Below are positions 9,369 through 18,813 of a stretch of DNA of 64,000 bases, piece after piece. The notes beneath the pieces were generated by a model, which saw only the letters and a program-made list of their open reading frames with translations, was not told the origin of the DNA and made no database searches. The translations under genes and the position numbers were made by a program. Each line of letters opens with the position of its first letter. Within the stretch, counting starts at the first letter, position 1. Origin of the DNA: Escherichia coli (GTDB lineage Bacteria > Pseudomonadota > Gammaproteobacteria > Enterobacterales > Enterobacteriaceae); assembly GCF_029227855.1 (NCBI RefSeq), contig NZ_CP074356.1; one strand, 5' to 3'.

Positions 9369-12300
9369 ATGGGTAAAGGCAGCAGTAAGGGGCATACCCC
9401 GCGCGAAGCGAAGGACAACCTGAAGTCCACGCAGCTGCTGAGTGTGATCGATGCCATCAGCGAAGGGCCGGTTGAAGGTCCGGTGGATGGATTAAAAAGC
9501 GTGCTGCTGAACAGTACGCCGGTGCTGGACAGTGAGGGGAATACCAATATATCCGGCGTCACGGTGGTGTTCCGGGCCGGTGAGCAGGAGCAGACTCCGC
9601 CGGAGGGATTTGAATCCTCCGGTTCCGAGACGGTGCTGGGTACGGAAGTGAAATATGACACGCCGATCACCCGCACCATCACGTCGGCAAACATCGACCG
9701 TCTGCGCTTTACCTTCGGTGTGCAGGCACTGGTGGAAACCACCTCAAAGGGGGACAGGAATCCATCGGAAGTCCGCCTGCTGGTTCAGATACAACGTAAC
9801 GGTGGCTGGGTGACGGAAAAAGACATCACCATTAAGGGTAAAACCACCTCGCAGTATCTGGCCTCAGTGGTGGTGGATAACCTGCCGCCGCGCCCGTTTA
9901 ATATCCGGATGCGCAGGATGACGCCGGACAGCACCACAGACCAGCTGCAGAACAAAACGCTCTGGTCGTCATACACCGAAATCATCGATGTGAAACAGTG
10001 CTACCCGAACACGGCACTGGTCGGCGTGCAGGTGGACTCGGAGCAGTTCGGCAGCCAGCAGGTGAGCCGTAATTATCATCTGCGAGGGCGTATTCTGCAG
10101 GTGCCGTCGAACTATAACCCGCAGACGCGGCAATACAGCGGTATCTGGGACGGGACGTTTAAACCGGCATACAGCAACAACATGGCCTGGTGTCTGTGGG
10201 ATATGCTGACCCATCCGCGCTACGGCATGGGGAAGCGTCTCGGTGCGGCGGATGTGGACAAATGGGCGCTGTATGTCATCGGCCAGAATTGCGACCAGTC
10301 GGTGCCGGATGGCTTTGGTGGCACGGAGCCGCGCATCACCTGTAATGCCTGGCTGACCACGCAGCGCAAGGCGTGGGATGTGCTCAGTGATTTCTGCTCG
10401 GCGATGCGCTGTATGCCGGTATGGAACGGGCAGACGCTGACGTTCGTGCAGGACCGGCCATCGGATAAGGTGTGGACCTATAACCGCAGTAATGTGGTGA
10501 TGCCGGATGATGGCGCGCCGTTCCGCTACAGCTTCAGCGCCCTGAAGGACCGTCATAATGCCGTTGAGGTGAACTGGATTGACCCGAATAACGGCTGGGA
10601 GACGGCGACAGAGCTTGTGGAGGACACGCAGGCCATTGCCCGTTACGGTCGTAACGTCACGAAGATGGATGCCTTTGGCTGTACCAGCCGGGGGCAGGCA
10701 CACCGCGCCGGGCTGTGGCTGATTAAAACAGAACTGCTGGAAACGCAGACCGTGGATTTCAGCGTCGGCGCAGAAGGGCTTCGCCATGTACCGGGCGATG
10801 TTATTGAAATCTGTGATGATGACTATGCCGGTATCAGCACCGGTGGTCGTGTGCTGGCGGTGAACAGCCAGACCCGGACGCTGACGCTCGACCGTGAAAT
10901 CACGCTGCCATCCTCCGGTACCACGCTGATAAGCCTGGTTGACGGAAGTGGCAATCCGGTCAGCGTGGAGGTTCAGTCCGTCACCGACGGCGTGAAGGTA
11001 AAAGTGAGCCGTGTTCCTGACGGTGTTGCTGAATACAGCGTATGGGGGCTGAAGCTGCCGACGCTGCGCCAGCGACTGTTCCGCTGCGTGAGTATCCGTG
11101 AGAACGACGACGGCACGTATGCCATCACCGCCGTGCAGCATGTGCCGGAAAAAGAGGCCATCGTGGATAACGGGGCGCACTTTGACGGCGAACAGAGTGG
11201 CACGGTGAATGGTGTCACGCCGCCAGCGGTGCAGCACCTGACCGCAGAAGTCACTGCAGACAGCGGGGAATATCAGGTGCTGGCGCGCTGGGATACGCCG
11301 AAGGTGGTGAAGGGTGTGAGCTTTATGCTTCGCCTGACCGTGGCAGCGGATGACGGCAGTGAGCGGCTGGTCAGCACGGCCCGGACGACGGAAACCACAT
11401 ACCGCTTCAGGCAGCTGGCGCTGGGAAGCTACAGGCTGACAGTCCGGGCGGCAAATGCCTGGGGGCAGCAGGGCGATCCTGCATCGGTATCGTTCCGGAT
11501 TGCCGCACCGGCAGCGCCGTCGCGGATTGAGCTGACGCCGGGCTATTTTCAGATAACCGCCACGCCCCATCTTGCCGTTTATGATCCGACGGTACAGTTT
11601 GAGTTCTGGTTCTCGGAAAAGCGGATTGCGGATATCAGGCAGGTTGAAACTACAGCCCGCTATCTTGGCACGGCGCTGTACTGGATAGCTGCCAGTATCA
11701 ATATCAAACCGGGCCATGATTATTATTTTTACATCCGCAGTGTGAACACCGTTGGCAAATCGGCATTTGTGGAGGCTGTTGGCCAGCCGAGTGATGATGC
11801 ATCCGGCTATCTGGATTTTTTCAAAGGCGAGATAGGGAAAAGCCATCTGGCTCAGGAGCTGTGGACGCAGATTGATAACGGTCAGCTTGCGCCTGACCTG
11901 GCTGAAATCAGGACGTCCATTACGGATGTCAGCAATGAAATCACGCAGACCGTCAATAAGAAACTGGAAGACCAGAGTGCGGCAATCCAGCAGATACAGA
12001 AGGTTCAGGTTGATACAAATAATAACCTGAACAGCATGTGGGCTGTGAAGCTGCAGCAGATGCAGGACGGACGCCTTTATATCGCGGGTATTGGTGCCGG
12101 TATTGAGAATACCCCTGACGGTATGCAGAGTCAGGTGCTGCTGGCGGCGGACAGGATTGCGATGATTAATCCTGCGAATGGCAACACAAAACCGATGTTT
12201 GTTGGTCAGGGCGATCAGATATTCATGAACGAAGTGTTCCTGAAATATCTGACGGCTCCCACCATTACCAGCGGCGGTAATCCTCCGGCATTTTCCCTGA

Positions 12301-12848
12301 CACCGGACGGGCGGCTGACGGCGAAAAATGCCGATATTAGCGGTAACGTGAATGCGAACTCCGGGACGCTCAACAACGTCACGATTAACGAGAACTGCCG
12401 GGTTCTGGGAAAACTGTCCGCGAACCAGATTGAAGGCGATCTCGTTAAAACAGTGGGCAAAGCTTTCCCCCGGGACTCCCGTGCACCGGAACGGTGGCCA
12501 TCAGGGACCATTACCGTCAGGGTTTATGACGATCAGCCGTTTGACCGGCAGATTGTTATTCCGGCGGTGGCATTCAGCGGCGCTAAACATGAGAGAGAGC
12601 ATACTGATATTTACTCCTCATGCCGTCTGATAGTGCGGAAAAACGGTGCTGAAATTTATAACCGTACCGCGCTGGATAATACGCTGATTTACAGTGGCGT
12701 TATTGATATGCCTGCCGGTCACGGTCACATGACGCTGGAGTTTTCGGTGTCAGCATGGCTGGTAAATGACTGGTATCCCACAGCAAGTATCAGCGATCTG
12801 CTGGTTGTGGTGATGAAGAAAGCCACCGCAGGCATCAGTATCAGCTGA
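9369..12848 (+). CDS. Host specificity / central tail fibre protein (lambda gpJ-like)
   Basis: 1159 aa; the first ~800 aa match recalled lambda J closely; the C-terminal ~300 aa differ. Confidence 0.95.
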   Translation: MGKGSSKGHTPREAKDNLKSTQLLSVIDAISEGPVEGPVDGLKSVLLNSTPVLDSEGNTNISGVTVVFRAGEQEQTPPEGFESSGSETVLGTEVKYDTPITRTITSANIDRLRFTFGVQALVETTSKGDRNPSEVRLLVQIQRNGGWVTEKDITIKGKTTSQYLASVVVDNLPPRPFNIRMRRMTPDSTTDQLQNKTLWSSYTEIIDVKQCYPNTALVGVQVDSEQFGSQQVSRNYHLRGRILQVPSNYNPQTRQYSGIWDGTFKPAYSNNMAWCLWDMLTHPRYGMGKRLGAADVDKWALYVIGQNCDQSVPDGFGGTEPRITCNAWLTTQRKAWDVLSDFCSAMRCMPVWNGQTLTFVQDRPSDKVWTYNRSNVVMPDDGAPFRYSFSALKDRHNAVEVNWIDPNNGWETATELVEDTQAIARYGRNVTKMDAFGCTSRGQAHRAGLWLIKTELLETQTVDFSVGAEGLRHVPGDVIEICDDDYAGISTGGRVLAVNSQTRTLTLDREITLPSSGTTLISLVDGSGNPVSVEVQSVTDGVKVKVSRVPDGVAEYSVWGLKLPTLRQRLFRCVSIRENDDGTYAITAVQHVPEKEAIVDNGAHFDGEQSGTVNGVTPPAVQHLTAEVTADSGEYQVLARWDTPKVVKGVSFMLRLTVAADDGSERLVSTARTTETTYRFRQLALGSYRLTVRAANAWGQQGDPASVSFRIAAPAAPSRIELTPGYFQITATPHLAVYDPTVQFEFWFSEKRIADIRQVETTARYLGTALYWIAASINIKPGHDYYFYIRSVNTVGKSAFVEAVGQPSDDASGYLDFFKGEIGKSHLAQELWTQIDNGQLAPDLAEIRTSITDVSNEITQTVNKKLEDQSAAIQQIQKVQVDTNNNLNSMWAVKLQQMQDGRLYIAGIGAGIENTPDGMQSQVLLAADRIAMINPANGNTKPMFVGQGDQIFMNEVFLKYLTAPTITSGGNPPAFSLTPDGRLTAKNADISGNVNANSGTLNNVTINENCRVLGKLSANQIEGDLVKTVGKAFPRDSRAPERWPSGTITVRVYDDQPFDRQIVIPAVAFSGAKHEREHTDIYSSCRLIVRKNGAEIYNRTALDNTLIYSGVIDMPAGHGHMTLEFSVSAWLVNDWYPTASISDLLVVVMKKATAGISIS

Positions 12849-12867
12849 ATTTTATAACCCATATACG

Positions 12868-12892
12868 GGCGCCAGAAATGGCGCCTTTTTTA
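12868..12892 (+). terminator. Intrinsic terminator after J
   Basis: GGCGCC-AGAAAT-GGCGCC hairpin followed by TTTTTTT. Confidence 0.6.
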
Positions 12893-12915
12893 TTGCAGAA
12901 AAGCGAGAGGTAATT

Positions 12916-13515
12916 ATGCGTAAAGTTTGTGCCGCCATTTTTTCCGCAGCCATTTGTCTGGCCGTATCCGGTGCGCCTGCATGGGCATCTGAACATCAGT
13001 CCACGCTGAGCGCGGGGTATCTTCATGCCTCGACGAACGTTCCCGGCAGCGATGATCTGAACGGGATTAACGTGAAATACCGTTATGAGTTTACGGACAC
13101 ACTGGGGATGGTGACGTCATTCAGCTATGCAGGAGACAAGAATCGCCAGCTTACCCGTTACAGCGATACCCGCTGGCATGAAGATTCCGTGCGTAACCGC
13201 TGGTTCAGCGTGATGGTGGGGCCGTCTGTGCGCGTGAATGAATGGTTCAGCGCGTATGCGATGGCGGGTATGGCTTACAGCCGTGTTTCGACTTTCTCCG
13301 GAGATTATATCCGCGTAACTGACAACAAGGGGAAAACGCACGATGTGCTGACCGGAAGTGATGACGGTCGCCACAGCGACACGTCTCTGGCATGGGGGGC
13401 TGGCGTGCAGTTTAACCCGACCGAATCCGTGGCCATTGATATTGCTTATGAAGGTTCCGGCAGTGGCGACTGGCGCACTGACGGTTTCATCGTTGGTGTC
13501 GGTTATAAATTCTGA
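12916..13515 (+). CDS. lom: Lom-like outer membrane beta-barrel protein (Ail/PagC/OmpX family)
   Basis: 199 aa with signal peptide, alternating aromatic beta strands and terminal Phe; sits after J as in lambda. Confidence 0.9.
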
Positions 13516-13541
13516 TTAGCCAGGTAACACAGTGTTATGAC

Positions 13542-13569
13542 AGCCCGCCGGTTCAGGCGGGCTTTTTTG
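13542..13569 (+). terminator. Intrinsic terminator after lom
   Basis: AGCCCGCC-GGTTCAG-GCGGGCT hairpin followed by TTTTTT. Confidence 0.6.
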
Positions 13570-14272
13570 TGCACAGAAAACCCCCAGCTAGGCTGGGGGT
13601 TCCGGAAAGCTTTCAGCTTTGAGCCAGTTATTAAAACCCCTTTTGATTTGTTAAAACACTTTGCGGTCTGGCAACTGCAAGTGTCAAACAAGAAATCAAA
13701 AGGGGGTCCCAATGGGGAACGAAAAGAGCTTAGCGCACACCCGATGGAACTGTAAATATCACATAGTTTTTGCGCCAAAATACCGAAGACAGGTGTTCTA
13801 CAGAGAGAAGCGTAGAGCAATAGGCAGTATTTTGAGAAAGCTGTGTGAGTGGAAAAGCGTACGGATTCTGGAAGCTGAATGCTGTGCAGATCATATCCAT
13901 ATGCTTGTGGAGATCCCGCCCAAAATGAGCGTATCCGGGTTTATGGGATATCTGAAAGGGAAAAGCAGTCTGATGCTTTACGAGCAGTTTGGTGATTTGA
14001 AATTCAAATACAGGAACAGGGAGTTCTGGTGCAGAGGGTACTACGTCGATACAGTGGGTAAGAACACGGCGAAGATACAGGATTACATAAAGCACCAGCT
14101 TGAAGAGGATAAAATGGGAGAGCAGTTATCGATTCCCTATCCGGGCAGCCCGTTTACGGGCCGTAAGTAACGAAGTTGGATGCAAATGTCAGATCGTGTG
14201 CGCCTGTTAGGGCGCGGCTGGTAAGAGAGCCTTATAGGCGCATTTGAAAAACCTCCGGCTATGCCGGAGGAT
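13568..14272 (+). mobile_element. IS200-type insertion sequence (IS200/IS605 family); boundaries approximate
   Basis: About 0.7 kb, a single Y1 transposase gene, left-end hairpin AAAACCCCCAGC-TAG-GCTGGGGGTT and a second stem-loop over the tnpA ribosome binding site. Confidence 0.65.
13712..14170 (+). CDS. tnpA: IS200-type transposase TnpA (HuH Y1 transposase)
   Basis: 152 aa with an HxH-type motif (HIHMLVEI) and the usual IS200 TnpA length. Confidence 0.85.
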   Translation: MGNEKSLAHTRWNCKYHIVFAPKYRRQVFYREKRRAIGSILRKLCEWKSVRILEAECCADHIHMLVEIPPKMSVSGFMGYLKGKSSLMLYEQFGDLKFKYRNREFWCRGYYVDTVGKNTAKIQDYIKHQLEEDKMGEQLSIPYPGSPFTGRK

Positions 14273-14290
14273 ATTTATTGTGGAGTGGAT

Positions 14291-16696
14291 ATGGCAGCAG
14301 TAAAAATCTCAGGTGTGCTGAAAGATGGTGCGGGAAAACCAATACAGAACTGCACTATTCAACTGAAGGCAAAGCGTAACAGCACCACGGTACTGGTGAA
14401 CACGGTGGCTTCTGAAAATCCGGATGAAGCCGGACGTTACAGCATGGATGTTGAGTATGGCCAGTACAGCGTCACCCTGCTGGTTGAAGGTTTTCCGCCT
14501 TCACATGCCGGGACCATTACCGTCTATGAAGGCTCCAGACCAGGTACGCTGAATGATTTTCTCGGTGCCATGACGGAAGATGATGTCATGCCGGAGGCAT
14601 TGCGTCGTTTTGAGGCAATGGTGGAAGAAGTGGCACGCAACGCCGAAGCCGCCTCTCAGAGCGCAGCGGCGGCAAAGAAATCCGAAACTGCAGCGGCATC
14701 ATCAAAGAACGCGGCGAAAACCTCAGAAACGAATGCAGCTAATAGTGCACAGGCGGCAGCGACCTCAAAGACTGCATCGGCAAACTCCGCGACAGCAGCC
14801 AAAAAATCAGAAACCAACGCGAAAAATAGCGAGACAGCCGCAAAGACGAGCGAAACCAACGCAAAGTCCAGCCAGACGGCAGCGAAAACCAGCGAAACGA
14901 ATGCCAAAGCCAGTGAAACTGCGGCAAAAAACAGCCAGGTTGCAGCAGCCCAAAGCGAGAGCGCGGCAGCCGGTTCTGCGACTTCAGCAGCTGGATCAGC
15001 AACTGCTGCGGCTAACAGCCAGAAAGCTGCGAAGACGAGTGAAACTAACGCAAAGTCCAGCCAGACGGCAGCGAAGACCAGCGAAACGAATGCCAAAGCC
15101 AGTGAAACTGCGGCGAAAAGCAGTCAGGATGCAGCGGCCCAAAGCGAGAGTGCCGCAGCCAGTTCTGCAAGCGCGGCGGCTGCTTCTGCCACTGCATCAG
15201 CCAACAGTCAAAAAGCAGCAAAAACCAGTGAAACCAACGCAAAGGCGAGCGAGACTGCGGCGGCGAACTCGGCGCAAGCATCGGCAGCAAGCCAGACAGC
15301 AGCTAAAGCAAGTGAAGACGCAGCCAGAGAGTATGCAAGCCAGGCAGCGGAGCCGTATAAATATGTCTTACAGCCACTGCCTGATGTGTGGATACCGTTT
15401 AACGATTCACTGGATATGATTACGGGCTTTTCGCCATCATATAAAAAAATTGTTATTGGCGACGATGAAATAACAATGCCTGGCGACAAGATTGTAAAGT
15501 TTAAACGCGCATCGAAAGCAACTTACATTAATAAATCTGGTGTGCTGACAGAGGCTGCCATTGACGAGCCACGATTTGAACGTGATGGCCTGCTTATTGA
15601 GGGGCAAAGAACTAACCTGCTAATCAATTCAACAAATCCGACTAAATGGAACAAGTCGTCAAATATGATCTTAAGTGCATCAGGTGTAGATGATTTCGGA
15701 TTCCAGTACGCAAAATTTACATTAAAACCAGAAATGGTAGGGCAAATTTCAGCGATTAACATAGTAACCGTTTCCGGCAGTAAAGGTTTTGATGTAACAG
15801 GCGGAGAAAAGTATGTAACCATATCATGCAGGGTGCAAAGTGGCACTCCAAATTTAAGATGCCGATTACGATTTGAAAACTATGATGGTTCTACCTACAC
15901 ATTCTTAGGTGACGCTTACTTAAATACGACAGATTTATCTATTGATAAGACGGGTGGTGCCGCTAATCGCATTACTGCAAGGGCTGTTAAAGATGAAGCA
16001 AGCAAATGGATCTTTTTTGAGGCGACAATTAAGGCACTTGATACAGAAAATATGATAGGTGGAATGGTTCAGTATGCCCCGGCAAAAGGAGTGGGCACTG
16101 GCGCGGATGATTATATTTATATTGCGACCCCTCAAGTTGAAGGTGGGGCGTGCGCTTCATCGTTTATTATAACAGGCGCATCCCCTGTAACACGCGCCAG
16201 CGATATTGTAACGGTCCCCATTTCTCTAAATTGGTGCAATCCCGCTATTAGTTCATTAGCAGAAGTTAATACCAATTGGGATGAATCGCCAAACAAAGAA
16301 GGTAGCGCACGTATTCTTAATATTTCCACTACGGGAGATACAACTGAAATTGCAGATGAAAGTTATATGTATTTGGGGTATACATCTTTGGGAGCACGCG
16401 CAATCATTACAAATGGTAAAGGCACTAAAATAGAATATAAAAGCGTTATAGAACGACCAGAGAGAAAAAGCATTATCGGCTTTAGATTCACAGAAAGTCG
16501 AGAATTGTGTGTTGTGGTTAACGGTAATATTGGTGCTAAGGTGGTTTCTCCTTATAAAAAACACAAATATACAGGAGGCTTCATTAATATTGGTGGTCAA
16601 TCATCATCCGGCAACCGTCACCTATTTGGACACGTTCGAAATCTGCGTATTTGGCACAAGGCATTGACTGATGCTCAGATGGGGGAGTCAATCTAA
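14291..16696 (+). CDS. stf: Side tail fibre protein: lambda Stf-like N-terminus, Ala/Ser/Thr-rich repeats, divergent C-terminus with LamG/concanavalin-like domain
   Basis: The first ~130 aa match recalled lambda Stf (MAVKISGVLKDG..QNCTIQLKAKRNSTT); the C-terminal region is AT-rich and ends in a LamG-type motif (NLRIWHKALTDAQM). Confidence 0.9.
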   Translation: MAAVKISGVLKDGAGKPIQNCTIQLKAKRNSTTVLVNTVASENPDEAGRYSMDVEYGQYSVTLLVEGFPPSHAGTITVYEGSRPGTLNDFLGAMTEDDVMPEALRRFEAMVEEVARNAEAASQSAAAAKKSETAAASSKNAAKTSETNAANSAQAAATSKTASANSATAAKKSETNAKNSETAAKTSETNAKSSQTAAKTSETNAKASETAAKNSQVAAAQSESAAAGSATSAAGSATAAANSQKAAKTSETNAKSSQTAAKTSETNAKASETAAKSSQDAAAQSESAAASSASAAAASATASANSQKAAKTSETNAKASETAAANSAQASAASQTAAKASEDAAREYASQAAEPYKYVLQPLPDVWIPFNDSLDMITGFSPSYKKIVIGDDEITMPGDKIVKFKRASKATYINKSGVLTEAAIDEPRFERDGLLIEGQRTNLLINSTNPTKWNKSSNMILSASGVDDFGFQYAKFTLKPEMVGQISAINIVTVSGSKGFDVTGGEKYVTISCRVQSGTPNLRCRLRFENYDGSTYTFLGDAYLNTTDLSIDKTGGAANRITARAVKDEASKWIFFEATIKALDTENMIGGMVQYAPAKGVGTGADDYIYIATPQVEGGACASSFIITGASPVTRASDIVTVPISLNWCNPAISSLAEVNTNWDESPNKEGSARILNISTTGDTTEIADESYMYLGYTSLGARAIITNGKGTKIEYKSVIERPERKSIIGFRFTESRELCVVVNGNIGAKVVSPYKKHKYTGGFINIGGQSSSGNRHLFGHVRNLRIWHKALTDAQMGESI
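14837..15214 (+). repeat. In-frame tandem duplication, 2 x 189 bp (63 aa each), inside stf
   Basis: Two near-identical 63-aa units (AAKTSETNAKSSQTAAKTSETNAKASETAAK...ANSQK) within a wider 9-aa periodic region. Confidence 0.8.
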
Positions 16697-16977
16697 TGAA
16701 AGATTTAACACTCAAATTTGCCGACAGGGCCGATTTTTCGGCCTTTATGGGAAGTATTGGCTATTATAATGACGAGTCGATGCAGGATGATATTCTGATT
16801 GATGTGATAGGTAACGTGTACAAAGAAACCGGAGAGCTGACTGAAGATGGCGAACCGGTATGTGTTAAGGAAGATGGATATTTTGTAAACGTGCGCATCA
16901 TTAAGGATACGCAAATATCGTCATTATTCGATGAATACGCGGTTGCTGTTGAGCATCAACTTCGTGGCTGGATGTGA
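16696..16977 (+). CDS. Hypothetical small acidic protein, translationally coupled to stf
   Basis: 93-aa ORF whose ATG overlaps the stf stop (TAATG); AT-rich; no family recognised. Confidence 0.5.
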   Translation: MKDLTLKFADRADFSAFMGSIGYYNDESMQDDILIDVIGNVYKETGELTEDGEPVCVKEDGYFVNVRIIKDTQISSLFDEYAVAVEHQLRGWM

Positions 16978-16986
16978 GGTAGAGAA

Positions 16987-17691
16987 ATGGCTACATCAAC
17001 AGTAATTCCGGGAGACATCACCACGCTGAAGGGAGATGTTAGTAAAGCAAAGGAAGATATTTCCTCTATTAACGGAAAAGTATCAACGCTTCAGACTGAT
17101 ATGGCCAGTGCAAAGCAGGATATCAGCACCAGATACACAAAAACTGAAGTTGATAATAAGCTGAAAAACAAAGTGGAAGTGAACGATCTGGAAAGTGGTC
17201 GTTATGGCGGAGATTTTTACCCGCTGACTGGCCGTGAAGCGTTTTATTTATGGGGATTGGGCACAACTACAGCGGCGGCAAATCTTTATCTTAATCCTGA
17301 CCCTGCAATTTCGTCTGTGCTGCGGTCAACATCGTCTATCCGCTATAAACATTCAGTAGAGACGATAGATTCAGAGCACGCCGATCTCATTTTCAGGATG
17401 CGCCCTGTGTGGTACAGGTCGCAATGCGAAAATGACAGGCGTGACTGGGGATTCTATGGATTGATTGCCGAGGAAGTTGGAGAAATTGCCCCTCAGTTTG
17501 TTCACTGGCGACCAGCCAACGAAGATGATGCACCGGAAACCATTTCCAGCAATGGCCTTGTTGCCGAAGGTGTAATGTACGAACGTCTGGTTGTTCCACT
17601 GATTCACCATATCCAGAAGCTGACTGAAAGAGTTGATGAACTTGAGTCAGAATTAAAGTTGTTATCCGTTTCCCGAAGCGATATCGGATAA
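16987..17691 (+). CDS. Short fibre-like protein: N-terminal coiled coil plus C-terminal intramolecular-chaperone (Peptidase S74-like) domain
   Basis: 234 aa; heptad-like N-terminus; C-terminal region has S-x-x-R-x-K (SSIRYKH), RPVWYR and GLIAEEV motifs resembling endosialidase chaperone domains. Confidence 0.55.
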   Translation: MATSTVIPGDITTLKGDVSKAKEDISSINGKVSTLQTDMASAKQDISTRYTKTEVDNKLKNKVEVNDLESGRYGGDFYPLTGREAFYLWGLGTTTAAANLYLNPDPAISSVLRSTSSIRYKHSVETIDSEHADLIFRMRPVWYRSQCENDRRDWGFYGLIAEEVGEIAPQFVHWRPANEDDAPETISSNGLVAEGVMYERLVVPLIHHIQKLTERVDELESELKLLSVSRSDIG

Positions 17692-17701
17692 AGGAGGCGT
17701 A

Positions 17702-17995
17702 ATGGATATAACACCTTTCCTTCATGCACTTTGTGCTGTGGCTGCGCAGGTACTGGTTGGTCTTTTTACCGGAAACTGGGCTTACGGGGCGATAGCTGGT
17801 TGTACGTTCTTCATTGCGCGTGAACATACCCAGGCAGAATATCGCTGGATTGAAATGTTCGGGCATGGCAAGCGTATGAATATGCCGTGGTGGGGCGGTT
17901 TTGATCCGCGTGCGTGGGATGTGGCAAGCCTGATGGATTTTGCTGTGCCGGTGGTGGCGTGTCTGCTGGTCTGGCTGTTGGTTAATCGTGGGTGA
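17702..17995 (+). CDS. Hypothetical small membrane protein (2-3 predicted TM segments)
   Basis: 97-aa ORF with hydrophobic stretches; GGAGG Shine-Dalgarno upstream. Confidence 0.45.
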   Translation: MDITPFLHALCAVAAQVLVGLFTGNWAYGAIAGCTFFIAREHTQAEYRWIEMFGHGKRMNMPWWGGFDPRAWDVASLMDFAVPVVACLLVWLLVNRG

Positions 17996-18005
17996 AAAAA
18001 GGTGA

Positions 18006-18125
18006 GCTGTATATGCAACGGAGGAAGAAACCTCGTTGCGGGAAGCCTTGAAGAAGTATCGGGTGTTGCTGAACCGTGTTGATACGTCAACTGCACAGGA
18101 TATTGAATGGCCAGCACTGCCGTAG
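18006..18125 (+). pseudogene. tfa: Tail fibre assembly (Tfa) gene remnant: only the conserved C-terminal ~39 codons
   Basis: Translation [29 protein letters not shown] matches the conserved Tfa C-terminus; the frame closes at a stop just upstream at 18003-18005. Confidence 0.55.
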
Positions 18126-18222
18126 GGTAAAACATATAAATTCTATAATTAGATGTATCTTTCCATTTACGGCAAGGAAGGGGGCTTGGAAGACGTAAGG
18201 CATCTCACACCGAGATTATTTT

Positions 18223-18813
18223 TTATATGTCAGGTGTCTGAAGTTTTGCTTTGGCTCTTAAAATGGTTTGCCGCGAGGTTTTGAATTCCCGGGCAATGGC
18301 ACTTATACTTACACCTGACTTAATCCGTTCGAATACCACCTGTTTCTGTTCTTCATTTAACACAGGTGGTCGACCAAAACGTTTCCCTGCGCCCCGGGCT
18401 CTTACTATCCCGGAATGAGTGCGTTCAAGTAAAAGGTCTCGTTCAAATTCAGCGACTGCTGAAATTACTTGCATCATCATTTTTCCTGTTGGACTGGTCA
18501 GGTCAATGCCCCCCAATGCTAAGCAATGCACTCTGATACCTGTTTCGGTCAGTTGTTCCACTGTTTTCCTGATATCCATTGCATTACAACCAAGGCGATC
18601 CAGTTTTGTCACAATCAATTGATCACCACATTTCAGGCGAGCAAGCAACCGGTTAAAACCAGGACGCTCACTGGTTGCTGCTGAGCCGCTAATGTGTTCT
18701 TCGATTATTTGCTGAGGTTTGATTTTAAAACCTGCACTTTCGATTTCCCGGCGTTGATTTTCGGTGGTCTGATCCAGCGTTGATATCCGACAGTAAGCAA
18801 AAATTCGAGACAT
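18223..18813 (-). CDS. pinQ: Serine recombinase / DNA invertase (PinQ/PinR-like)
   Basis: 196 aa; N-terminal catalytic region (YCRISTLDQ) and C-terminal helix-turn-helix; convergent with the tfa remnant, next to ydfK. Confidence 0.85.

Noticed and set aside
9969-11846. 625-aa ORF on the minus strand lying entirely inside J
   Set aside because: Arg/Pro/His-rich low-complexity translation with no start context; this is the usual antisense artefact of a GC-rich gene.
13503-14095. 105-aa and 121-aa minus-strand ORFs overlapping the IS200-type transposase
   Set aside because: IS200 elements carry only tnpA; these are antisense frames with no start signals.
14640-15330. Possible CRISPR array or satellite, given the repeats
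   Set aside because: The repeats are in-frame protein-coding periodicity, not a repeat-spacer architecture; no cas genes nearby.
14580-15419. 279-aa Arg/Gln/Lys-rich ORF in another plus frame, and a 146-aa Ala-rich minus-strand ORF at 14656-15096
   Set aside because: Both arise from the periodic repeat region of stf; the stf frame is the only one with a recognisable product.
18022-18047. Possible gix/hix-type inversion crossover site beside pin
   Set aside because: Only an AAACCTCG core matches the Gin/Hin site consensus and no inverted partner was found; the sequence is explained as tfa coding remnant.
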